DNA of 64,000 nucleotides, from NCBI GenBank assembly GCA_025354385.1, contig JANXMZ010000033.1, forward strand, positions 24,110-88,109. Direction: 5' to 3'. Positions 28,029-37,200 of this stretch are shown here, in pieces; the stretch's first letter is position 1, and every line of letters begins with the position of its first letter. Source of the DNA: Bacteroidota bacterium (GTDB lineage Bacteria; Bacteroidota; Bacteroidia; NS11-12g; UBA955). A program made the translations under genes and the position numbers. The notes under the pieces are model-generated. The model did not search any database. It saw only the letters and a program-made list of their open reading frames with translations, and was not told the origin of the DNA.

Positions 28029-31000
28029 TTGAAAAAAATTGCATTGTTATTACTGCTTATCCTTTCCTTGGCTCAAAAGCCATTGCAGGCTCAGCAATAC
28101 AATTTTAAAAACTATTCTGTAAAAGAAGGTGTAGCACAATCGCAGGTTTATAGCTTATTGCAAGATGCACGTGGTTATTTATGGATGGGCACCCGTGGTG
28201 GAGGAATCTCCCGATTTGATGGCGTAAATTTTAAAACCTATACCATCAAAGATGGTCTTTGCAATAACTATGTTTATTGCATAAAACAAGATGCCAAAAA
28301 AAATTTATGGATAGGTACCAACAATGGCATCTCTTGCTTCAATGGTTTGCAATTTAAAAATTATACAATTGCCGAAGATTCAGCGCAACTTTCTGTACTC
28401 GATATGGCTTTCGATGCGAACGGAAGTATTTGGTTGGCCACAAATTATGGGGTGCTGTTGTTTGAAAACGGCCAATTTAAAAACATCACACGCCTATTAA
28501 AAGACCGCATCAGCCTTATAAATTGCATTTACGTTGACAATAAAAATACCGTTTGGTATGGCAATGCCATGGGCCTTGCAAAAATCACGCAGAATAAACA
28601 ACAATACAAGCAACACCGCTATTACAAGAACAATCTGTTTGTGAAAAATTCCGTCAATGCCATTGAAGAAAATAATGACGGTAGTTTATGGATAGGCACC
28701 TATAACGATGGTCTATATATTTTTAGGAATGATAGTTTTTTTCGTTTGGCAAATATACCCGAATTAGACAAACAGAGTATTTTCGACATTTGCTTTGATC
28801 ATAACAACATTGCTTATTTCGCCACTTTGAGCAAGGGCATCTGTATATACAATCCGCTTACCCAAATCAGTACATGGTTAGGAGAAAATGAAGGATTAAG
28901 CAACAATCATGTGCGCAGTATTTTGCAGGATAAGAGCGGCAATTATTGGTTTGGCACTTCGGGTGGAGGTGTCTGTAATTACTCAGGAAAACAGTTCACG
29001 ACTTACGATAAAAGCGCTGGTTTGGGAGGCAATTTCATATATAGTATATACAGGGATAGTAAACAAAGATTACTAATTGGAACTTCAGATAAAGGCTTGA
29101 CAATTATGGACAGTGGGCGTTTTAAACAATACAATGCAGGCAATGGTTTTCTTGATTTGAAAATAAAATGCATACTCGAGGACCATGCTCAAAACATCTA
29201 TTTAGGTACAGAGGGTAATGGTCTTTATTTGTTCAAAGATTCTAGCTTTCAACCCCTACCCCTTTTCGCGAAAAAATACATACGCAGCATGGTAAAAGAC
29301 CAAGATGGCAATATTTATGTGGCCACTGCTGGAACTGGTATTTTCAAAATTAATAAAAATATTAAAGACACTTCCACCATTCAATTCAGTATGGGCAATG
29401 GATTATTGAGCAATCGCATCAATTGTATTTACTACGACAAAAAAGGACAATTGTGGTATGGCACCGAGAACAACGGCATAGGCATTATTGCCAATAACAA
29501 AGTTATACCTCAAAGTTTTAATTCTAGAAATGGTTTGCCTTCTAATGCCGTTCGATGCATGACAGCGGACCAAAATGGATTGCTATGGATAGGCACTGCT
29601 GGTAATGGTATAGCCTCCATCGCTTTGTATCAAGGCGACTACAAAATTAATGCTTATGATTATAACAACGGGCTAACTTCTTCTAATATTTATTTACTCA
29701 CTACAGATGCTTCCAATCATTTATATGCAGGTTCTGAAACTGGTTTGGATTGTATTACACTCAATGCCATGGGAGAACCAGAAAACGTAAAACACTACGG
29801 CAAGGGAGAGGGTTTTACAGGCATAGAAACCTGCCAGAATGCCGTTTTCAACGATGCCAATGGCAGCATATGGTTTGGCACCATCAATGGATTAACAAGG
29901 TATATTGCGGCAGACAATTTTAAAAATAAAAACGAGCCGATTACCTCCATCACAGATATTCGTTTGTTTTATGAGCCCATTGCTAAAACTGCTTATAAAA
30001 AATTTGCAGGCAATTGGAATCAGATTCAAAGTTTGGTATTGCCTTATTATCAAAATCACCTGACCTTCGATTTTCAATCCATCAATTTTAGCAATCCAGA
30101 AGCTGTCGATTTCCAATGGAAATTAGAAGGATTTGATGCAGATTGGTCGCCTGTTTCTAAACAACATACCGTTACTTACTCTAACCTACCTTATGGCGAT
30201 TATAAATTTTTGGTGAAAGCATGCAATGAAGATGGCGTTTGGAATAAAACACCTCAAAGTTTTCATTTTAGTATTACCCCACCATTTTGGTTGCGCTGGT
30301 GGGTCATTGTACTTTTTATTTTCTCTTTAGGAGGCATTATCTATTTTTCTGTTCGTTGGCGCATTAAAACAATTCGCAAAAAAGCAATGGAACAACAGCA
30401 AAAAATACAACTCGAAAAAGAAGTATTAGAGTTGGAACAAAAGGCCTTGCGCTTGCAAATGAATCCTCATTTTATTTTCAACGCACTCAATTCTATTCAA
30501 TCCCAAATAGGCACAGATAATGAACAAACTGCTAGGTATTATTTAGCCAAATTCTCGCGCTTAATGCGACAGATACTCGACCACTCTCGCAATACTACTA
30601 TAAGCCTCGAGGAGGAAATTAGCACATTGGAAAATTATTTACTGATAGAGAAATTTTGCAACGGAGAGCGCTTTGATTACGCCATTGAAGTAGATGAAAA
30701 TATAGAAACCGACTATATTCAAACCCCCCCCATGTTATTGCAACCCTTTATCGAAAATGCGATTAAACACGGTCTAAGACATATGGAAGAAAAACGAGGT
30801 AAAATTACCATTAGCATTCAAGAAAAAGCAGGTGTATTGGAATGTGCTGTCATAGACAATGGTATTGGCAGGGTAAGATCTGCCGAATTGAATAAGAATA
30901 GTAAAGAAACCTATCATAAATCGATGGCCTTAATCGTAACGCAAGAGCGTTTAGATTTAATGAAGATGAACAAGCAAATTATACCGCTTGAAATCATAGA

Positions 31001-31061
31001 TTTGTACGATGAAAAAGGACAGGCTTCGGGTACACGAGTCATCATAAGAATTCCATTATAA
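28029..31061 (+). CDS. Sensor histidine kinase with periplasmic two-component-regulator propeller repeats and a Y_Y_Y domain (LytS/His_kinase type)
   Basis: - Many repeats of the type LWIGTxxGGIxxFDG.
- YSNLPYGDYKFLVKACNEDGVWN is the Y_Y_Y domain.
- One TM segment, then NPHFIFNALNSIQ (His_kinase) and an HATPase region.
- TTG start. Confidence 0.9.
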   Translation: MKKIALLLLLILSLAQKPLQAQQYNFKNYSVKEGVAQSQVYSLLQDARGYLWMGTRGGGISRFDGVNFKTYTIKDGLCNNYVYCIKQDAKKNLWIGTNNGISCFNGLQFKNYTIAEDSAQLSVLDMAFDANGSIWLATNYGVLLFENGQFKNITRLLKDRISLINCIYVDNKNTVWYGNAMGLAKITQNKQQYKQHRYYKNNLFVKNSVNAIEENNDGSLWIGTYNDGLYIFRNDSFFRLANIPELDKQSIFDICFDHNNIAYFATLSKGICIYNPLTQISTWLGENEGLSNNHVRSILQDKSGNYWFGTSGGGVCNYSGKQFTTYDKSAGLGGNFIYSIYRDSKQRLLIGTSDKGLTIMDSGRFKQYNAGNGFLDLKIKCILEDHAQNIYLGTEGNGLYLFKDSSFQPLPLFAKKYIRSMVKDQDGNIYVATAGTGIFKINKNIKDTSTIQFSMGNGLLSNRINCIYYDKKGQLWYGTENNGIGIIANNKVIPQSFNSRNGLPSNAVRCMTADQNGLLWIGTAGNGIASIALYQGDYKINAYDYNNGLTSSNIYLLTTDASNHLYAGSETGLDCITLNAMGEPENVKHYGKGEGFTGIETCQNAVFNDANGSIWFGTINGLTRYIAADNFKNKNEPITSITDIRLFYEPIAKTAYKKFAGNWNQIQSLVLPYYQNHLTFDFQSINFSNPEAVDFQWKLEGFDADWSPVSKQHTVTYSNLPYGDYKFLVKACNEDGVWNKTPQSFHFSITPPFWLRWWVIVLFIFSLGGIIYFSVRWRIKTIRKKAMEQQQKIQLEKEVLELEQKALRLQMNPHFIFNALNSIQSQIGTDNEQTARYYLAKFSRLMRQILDHSRNTTISLEEEISTLENYLLIEKFCNGERFDYAIEVDENIETDYIQTPPMLLQPFIENAIKHGLRHMEEKRGKITISIQEKAGVLECAVIDNGIGRVRSAELNKNSKETYHKSMALIVTQERLDLMKMNKQIIPLEIIDLYDEKGQASGTRVIIRIPL

Positions 31062-31071
31062 TAAAACAAGC

Positions 31072-31815
31072 ATGATAAAAGCAATACTCATAGATGATAT
31101 AGAACAAGCACGTGTAACACTCAAAAAAGACTTACAGGTGTATGCACCCGATGTAGCAATAATTGCGGAAGCAGCAGGCGTTATTGAAGGCGCTAAACTT
31201 CTCAAAACAATGCAACCAGATGTTCTATTTCTCGATATTCAAATGCAAGATGGCAGTGGGTTCGATCTATTGGACATACTACCTGAAATTCCTTTTAAAA
31301 TTATTTTTATAACTGCTTCTGATGCTCATGCCATTAAAGCCTTTCGCTATGCCGCCATCGATTATCTTCTAAAGCCTGTAGATCCTGATGAATTAGTAGC
31401 AGCCATGGATAAATTGCGAAAAGAAGGTATGAATGAAAATGAAAAATACAAGTTACTCAATCAATCCTTAAAAAACCACCATCAACCGCACACCAAATTG
31501 GCGTTGCACACCCACGATAAAATTCATGTGGTGAATATCAGCGATATTGTGCGTTGCGAAAGCAGTGTTAATTACACAGAATTTTTCTTTGCAGATGGCA
31601 AGAAATTATTGGTAACCAAAACACTCAAAGAGTTTGAAGATTTATTGGTTGGTCATGGCTTTTACAGAGTACATCAGTCGCACCTAATAAACACCAAATT
31701 CATCAAAGAATTCATCAAAGCAGATGGGGGCTATATTCTTATGAACAATGGCAGTAATATACCCGTATCCTCGCGCAAGCGAGCCCAGGTGGTAGAAATG
31801 TTGGAACGTTTATAG
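31072..31815 (+). CDS. LytTR-family response regulator
   Basis: Receiver domain (DVLFLDIQMQDGSGFDLL, ...FITASD..., YLLKP) plus a C-terminal LytTR DNA-binding domain (IVRCESSVNYTEFFF...FYRVHQSHLIN). Confidence 0.92.
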   Translation: MIKAILIDDIEQARVTLKKDLQVYAPDVAIIAEAAGVIEGAKLLKTMQPDVLFLDIQMQDGSGFDLLDILPEIPFKIIFITASDAHAIKAFRYAAIDYLLKPVDPDELVAAMDKLRKEGMNENEKYKLLNQSLKNHHQPHTKLALHTHDKIHVVNISDIVRCESSVNYTEFFFADGKKLLVTKTLKEFEDLLVGHGFYRVHQSHLINTKFIKEFIKADGGYILMNNGSNIPVSSRKRAQVVEMLERL

Positions 31816-31880
31816 ATTTTTTTGTTGGTAGTTTTAAATTTACCTTTATTTGCCTATAAACATACCAACTAGTATTTTTT

Positions 31881-32468
31881 ATGAAAAAATCGGAAGCAAC
31901 AAGACAGGACATTTTAGAAAAAGCATTTGAGTGTATTTATAACAATGGCTATAAGACAACAAGCATTGATGATATTATCACTGCAAGTAGATTAACCAAA
32001 GGGGCATTTTATTACCATTTCAAAAACAAAGATGATATGGGGTTAGCGGTTATTAATGAGGTTTTGTATCCATACTTGCACGAAACCATGGTTCAACCTT
32101 TGCAAAACGCTTTGAGTCCAGCCGATGATTTATACGGCATGGTATCGTATTTACTGCTTGATGAAACCTATTTCCAACCTGAATTTGGATGCCCATTGGG
32201 GAATTTAATGGTAGAACTTTCACCTGCTCATGAAGAATTCAATTCTATTTTGCTAGGCATTTCGAATGAATGGGAAGAAGCCATTGTAAAATGTGTGAAC
32301 CACGGCAAAAAAACTGGTTTAGTAAAAACTGAAACCAAGCCCAAACAAGTTGCTAATTTTATCATGTCAGGTTATTGGGGAACCCGATTAATGGGCAAAA
32401 TGGAGAATAGCAATGCGCCCTATAAAATCTTTTTAAAAGAACTCAAGCAATACCTGAAAGGCATTTAA
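31881..32468 (+). CDS. TetR/AcrR-family transcriptional regulator
   Basis: N-terminal HTH ILEKAFECIYNNGYKTTSIDDIITASRLTKGAFYYHFKNKDD. Confidence 0.9.
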   Translation: MKKSEATRQDILEKAFECIYNNGYKTTSIDDIITASRLTKGAFYYHFKNKDDMGLAVINEVLYPYLHETMVQPLQNALSPADDLYGMVSYLLLDETYFQPEFGCPLGNLMVELSPAHEEFNSILLGISNEWEEAIVKCVNHGKKTGLVKTETKPKQVANFIMSGYWGTRLMGKMENSNAPYKIFLKELKQYLKGI

Positions 32469-32478
32469 CCCAAATACA

Positions 32479-32524
32479 AATTCGTGATAAGAACATACCT
32501 AGTGGTATGTTCTTATCACGAATT
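32479..32524. terminator. 21-bp perfect-stem hairpin (AATTCGTGATAAGAACATACC-tagt-GGTATGTTCTTATCACGAATT)
   Basis: I paired the arms base by base: 32479-32499 pairs perfectly with 32504-32524. It starts 11 nt after the TetR stop and shares the ACATACC-N4-GGTATGT core with hairpins at 33301, 34052 and 42614. Confidence 0.6.
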
Positions 32525-32537
32525 AAAATACTCTCCA

Positions 32538-32606
32538 GTCCCGTAGGGACGACATTCCGGTAGCCTTACGGCAAACCCATAAGGCAGAATCCCGTAGGGA
32601 TGTCAT
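32538..32606. repeat. Two REP hairpins (GTCCCGTAGGGACGACAT and ATCCCGTAGGGATGTCAT), left flank of the RAYT gene
   Basis: Copies at 32538-32555 and 32589-32606. They are the reverse complement of the copies at 33267 and 34022. Confidence 0.75.
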
Positions 32607-32615
32607 ATTAGGGAT

Positions 32616-33077
32616 TTAAACCAATTCGTTGAACACATATTTCAAATCGTAATCGATTTCGAATTTTTCAAGATGTTCAATATATTCCTCGCGGAAGGAT
32701 TTTTTTGCATGGTGTTTTTCCTGGTTATTGATATAAGCAATCACATTTTTTAATTGAGATTTAGCATATGAAAAGGCACCATAACCTTCTTGCCATTCAA
32801 ACCTATTATTTTTAATCTTGTTTTTATTTATCCAAGCCGAAGAACCCGATTTTACAAATTGCATTAAATCCGAAATGGATTGGGTAGGACGCAATCCAAC
32901 GAGAATATGTATATGGTCCTCCATGCCGTTCATGGTAATTAATTTATGTCCATATGATTGAATTATAATGGTCATATATTTATACAATTCCTCTTTCCAT
33001 GACGCATGAATCATAGCCTTTCGGTATTTTACAGCGAATACAAATTGAATATGAATTTGTGTATATGTGTTTGGCAT
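32616..33077 (-). CDS. REP-associated tyrosine transposase (IS200/IS605 TnpA-like HUH/Y1 enzyme), no TnpB partner
   Basis: MPNTYTQIHIQFVFAVKYR..., the HUH motif in EDHIHILVG, and the catalytic-Tyr region AYINNQEKHH. The ATG at 33077 is preferred; the ORF is open to 33128. Confidence 0.85.
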   Translation of the reverse strand: MPNTYTQIHIQFVFAVKYRKAMIHASWKEELYKYMTIIIQSYGHKLITMNGMEDHIHILVGLRPTQSISDLMQFVKSGSSAWINKNKIKNNRFEWQEGYGAFSYAKSQLKNVIAYINNQEKHHAKKSFREEYIEHLEKFEIDYDLKYVFNELV

Positions 33078-33266
33078 AAACACAAATATATAATGCCCAA
33101 AACACCTCTTCCTAAAAAATTCAAACAAAAATATTTTTCGAATTTTTGTCTTTTGATTTTGAAATAAATATGAAAATTGTACGATTTGATTTTGGGAAGG
33201 TAATTTTCATTATTGGCTACTTCGATTGTGAATTGAGATTGGATTAACGAATTACATCCTACTGGA

Positions 33267-33320
33267 ATGCCGTCCCTATGGGACTAGGGGACATTTAAAA
33301 ACATACCATGCGGTATGCAA
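33267..33320. repeat. REP + hairpin composite, right flank of the RAYT gene
   Basis: ATGCCGTCCCTATGGGACTAGGGGACATTTAAAAACATACCATGCGGTATGC. Confidence 0.7.
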
Positions 33321-33333
33321 TCACAATATTAAT

Positions 33334-33939
33334 TCATTTTAAAAAAATAGCTGGTATAGAATCATACTTGGCGGCAGTGCCATACTCCTTTTGACAGATA
33401 ATTTTATTACTCGCTGTATCGTAAAAAAAATCATCGTATTCAACATCTGTGACTACTTCGCCATTGACATGTAGCAAACCCCAAGAGCAAATTTCATTAA
33501 TATTTCTTTTATCGCGCGAAAAGCTGTAGAAACCATTAATTACAGGTTGCCAATATTTGAAGGATGGATAAATTACAATCTCTCCACTAAAATCGGCCAC
33601 GCCATATACTGCATATTTTTTGGGACCTTTTGGGAAATATATACCCTTAAAATCCTTATTTGGCAACACCAATGGTAAATACAAAAAACTATCCGCAATG
33701 ATGTATTTTCTATATTCAACAAGCGTATCTACAATGGTAAAACTATCAATTGTCTTTCTCACAGAATCAAGCCCATCAGACCTATCTATGTATTCATACA
33801 TCACCATTCCATGTTTAAATATGTAACCCTTTTTTAGGTCATCAAAATTATCAGCTGGCTTTAAAATACCATTGCATCCTAAACCCATAAACATTAGAAG
33901 GAAAATAAATTTAAATCGAAAATGGCTTGGAATCTGCAT
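33334..33939 (-). CDS. WG-repeat (KWG-like) lipoprotein
   Basis: Lipoprotein signal MQIPSHFRFKFIFLLMFMGLGC. Repeats of the type YGVADFSGEIVIYPSFKY and WGLLHVNGEVVTDVEYDD. Confidence 0.65.
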   Translation of the reverse strand: MQIPSHFRFKFIFLLMFMGLGCNGILKPADNFDDLKKGYIFKHGMVMYEYIDRSDGLDSVRKTIDSFTIVDTLVEYRKYIIADSFLYLPLVLPNKDFKGIYFPKGPKKYAVYGVADFSGEIVIYPSFKYWQPVINGFYSFSRDKRNINEICSWGLLHVNGEVVTDVEYDDFFYDTASNKIICQKEYGTAAKYDSIPAIFLK

Positions 33940-34021
33940 TGTTTCAAATATACCTTTTTTGATATAAAACAAAAATTGGACCCACATAAATACATTTTAA
34001 CGGAATTTCATTCCTACCGAT

Positions 34022-34077
34022 ATGTCGTCCCTACGGGACTCGGGGCAATTTAAAAACATACCTTTCGGTATGTTTTT
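34022..34077. repeat. REP + hairpin composite, second forward copy
   Basis: ATGTCGTCCCTACGGGACTCGGGGCAATTTAAAAACATACCTTTCGGTATGTTTTT, nearly identical to 33267-33320. Confidence 0.75.
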
Positions 34078-34086
34078 TTGGGAGTT

Positions 34087-34118
34087 TTGCCAACTGCCAA
34101 CTTTCCTCTTGCCAACTG
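34087..34118 (+). promoter_or_regulatory. Perfect 10-bp direct repeat TTGCCAACTG-N12-TTGCCAACTG upstream of the giant adhesin gene (candidate LytTR-type operator)
   Basis: Copies at 34087-34096 and 34109-34118 with a 12-nt spacer CCAACTTTCCTC. An inverted GTTGGCA lies at about 34154. Confidence 0.35.
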
Positions 34119-34182
34119 GCATTGCTTTTGTCATTTTATTATCATAGTTGCCCGTTGGCATTGGCTTTTGCCTGATATTGAG

Positions 34183-34190
34183 TATTTTTG
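34183..34190 (+). promoter_or_regulatory. Candidate Bacteroidota -7 promoter box (TATTTTTG, matching TAnnTTTG)
   Basis: Lies 49 nt upstream of the TTG start at 34239. Confidence 0.3.
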
Positions 34191-34238
34191 ATACTGTTAA
34201 AGAAACACTTTCCAACTTTTTTACGTCTATTGTAATAC

Positions 34239-37200
34239 TTGAAACTTATTGTGCACTATATCCTTTTGGCACTTTGCTGCTTTGCTTTAAATACCGCATT
34301 GGGTCAGTGCAGTGCTAATTTCACAAGTTCGAAAACTAAGTACTGCTTGCACGATACATCTCGTTTTACAGCTATTGGCAGCAATTTATCACCCTCTTAT
34401 AGCTGGGATTTTGACGACCCTTATAGTGGCAGCGAAAATACCGACACTAGCAATCAACCCAAACATATTTTTAGTCATACTGGTTGGTTTAATGTTAGCT
34501 TAATTGTAAACGATGGCACTTGTAAAGATACCATCACACACACCATTCTTATTTTAGATTTACCAATTGCTAAAATAAAAGTGCTCTCCCCTTGCCTTGC
34601 CAGCAGCACCTCTTTGGCGAGTCTTTCTAGCTCCGACACCCTCGACCAGATTAGTTCTTATTCCTGGCAATATGGAGACGGCACAACGGGTACTGGAGCA
34701 TCCACTCTTCACACTTATGCTGCAACTGGAAATAATACCGTTCTTTTAAAAATTACCACCACCAATGGATGTATTGATAGTGCTAATAAAAGCATCAGCA
34801 TTTTTGACAAATTGACTTTAATTAAAAGTTTCGATTCTCTTTGTCAAGAAGATGAGATTGATTTTGATGTAAATACTGGCACTTCAACGGCTGCACAATG
34901 GCAATGGGATTTTGGAGACTCAACCACAGGCAACATATCTAACCCGTTGCACCAATACAGTAAAAGTGGTTTATTCAAACCACAAATTACAGTGACCTAT
35001 TCTAATGGAGCCAAATGTTCTGCTGCAGACGCCGTATACGTTTATGCCTTGCCCGATGCTAGTTTTTACATTATTTCAGATAGTATTCAATGTTATAAAA
35101 ACAATCAAGTATGTATTAAACTTAATAATCCCAATCAATTATTAACCAGGCGTTCGGTTGCTTTTGACGATGGTTTTGTTGATGATTTTTCTCCTTTAAC
35201 AGATAGTATTGTTTGTCATACATACACCGATGCTGGTGGTAGCAAATACACCCTTTCCATTTCCATACTAGACAATCACTTTTGCGCAGCCAGCTACAAT
35301 GTAAAACAAAAAGTAACCATACATCCATTATTAATTGCCAACTTCGACAACAAAGCCTCGAATGGTTGTTTTGGTACACCGGTTACCATTAATAACCTTT
35401 CAAATTTTAGACCCCCATTTGTAAAAAAATTTAAATGGACTTTTGGTGATGGGGCTGTCGACTCTAGCACCTGGTCTTCCGTTTACCACAAATATGTAGC
35501 AGATGGTCAATTTAGCATTAAACTTTTTTTGAAAGACACATACAATTGTATCGATTCAATGACGAGCAGCAATACCATTCGGAACACCACTTTTGTGATA
35601 GATGCCAAACGCGATAGTATGAACGGACATTGTTACTCGCGCAACCGTTTGTATTATTCACAAACTCCAATTGCCGGTGCTGGTGTTCGCTGGTATTTAG
35701 GAAGTCAGGATTCTTCTTTTGGATGGAAGACGGCAGCTTATATCAGAAGCACTGGTACATTTAAAAGTTATATTCGCATTGACAAAAATGGTTGTGATAG
35801 TATAACCTATATAGACACCTTTGTTATCAATGGACCTATTGCTCGTTATGGGTTGGTAAGCAACCAATACCAATGTCAGATCAAGGACACTGTTGAACTA
35901 ACTAACAGCTCAATTACTTTTAGAAATGGCCCCTTATCCATTCACTGGGATGCCGTAGATATATTTGCCAATAATTGCACCATTGATACTAAAAATGGCA
36001 ACAATCTCAATATGAATTGTCGCTATTCTATCGATTCGCTCATCTTTCGACACATGTATAAACCTGGCAAAGAAAATTGTTATTACCCAAAAATTGTTGT
36101 TTCAGATTCATTAACTGGCTGCAATGATTCTGTGACAATAAATTTACCGCTTCGCCCGCCAGATGCCAGTCAAGGTTTACCCTTTTTCCGTTCTATAGGT
36201 TGTATAGGTCCAGAGCAATATAAAACCATTACCCTCGACTTAAGTCGCACCCAACCTATTTGCGGACGCGAGGCTGCATGGACCATGTGGGATAGTACTT
36301 GCGCTGCTAATTCAGGTAATTTTAATGCCTACTGGAACTTAAATTCACGCACCCATAATTATGGATATGATAATCAACCCTGCGATTCAAATGGGTTTGT
36401 TACCATTGGTATTATTATACAAAATGGAAAAGATAGTTTTGGTAGAACCTGCCGCGACACCGCTTTTTATCACAATGTTCTACAATTTCAAAAAGTCGAC
36501 CCAAGATTTACTTCCAACTATAACCCTAATATTCACTATTGCAAAAATTCCACAATAACATTTTTTCCAGATACAAAATATCAGGATTCAATAGGCTCTA
36601 TGGTTTGGGATTGGGGCGATGGCAGCAGTACCAATGGCATTAATTTTTCGCCAACACCACATACTTTTAAGCAATCCGGATTCTATAAAGTAGTATTAAC
36701 CATTACGATGATCAATGGCTGTGCAGCAATAGATTCTACAAGAATAAAAATAGGACTCAGTGAGAATATTGGATTTTTGAAAGGCGAAATTTGCTTGGAT
36801 GATACCGTTCAATTACTAGAACATATTAATTACTGGGGCGATGCATACCCATGGTGGAGCAATGCCTCTCGAGCTGGTCAAAACAAAGAGACACTTAAGT
36901 GGGATATTGGTGATGGCAATGGATTTAGTGTGAGCGGTGGTAACCCATTTATTCAATACAATAAAATTGGCAACTACAGTTTAAGAGTCGCCATAAAAGA
37001 CAGTATGGATTGCCTTGACACCATCGGACTAAAAAACGCCATAAGGGTATTTAATATCAAATCTAATTTTACTGTTTTAAAAGATACATTTGTTTGCGAC
37101 CAACTTATTGCCTTTAAATCCACTGCATCTGTCTATGATTCTATTCATCATTTTGGACATCCAGATGATTATGTCGCCTCTTTCATTTGGAGATTCAAAC

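Larger units (their letters stand above)
32479..33320 (-). mobile_element. REPtron-like unit: a RAYT gene bracketed by inverted hairpin+REP composites
   Basis: See the component features at 32538-32606, 32616-33077 and 33267-33320. Confidence 0.65.

Noticed and set aside
33997-34215. A 72-aa minus-strand ORF upstream of the giant adhesin gene
   Set aside because: It runs straight through the REP+hairpin composite (34022-34077) and the TTGCCAACTG repeats, so it is most likely a repeat-derived artefact.
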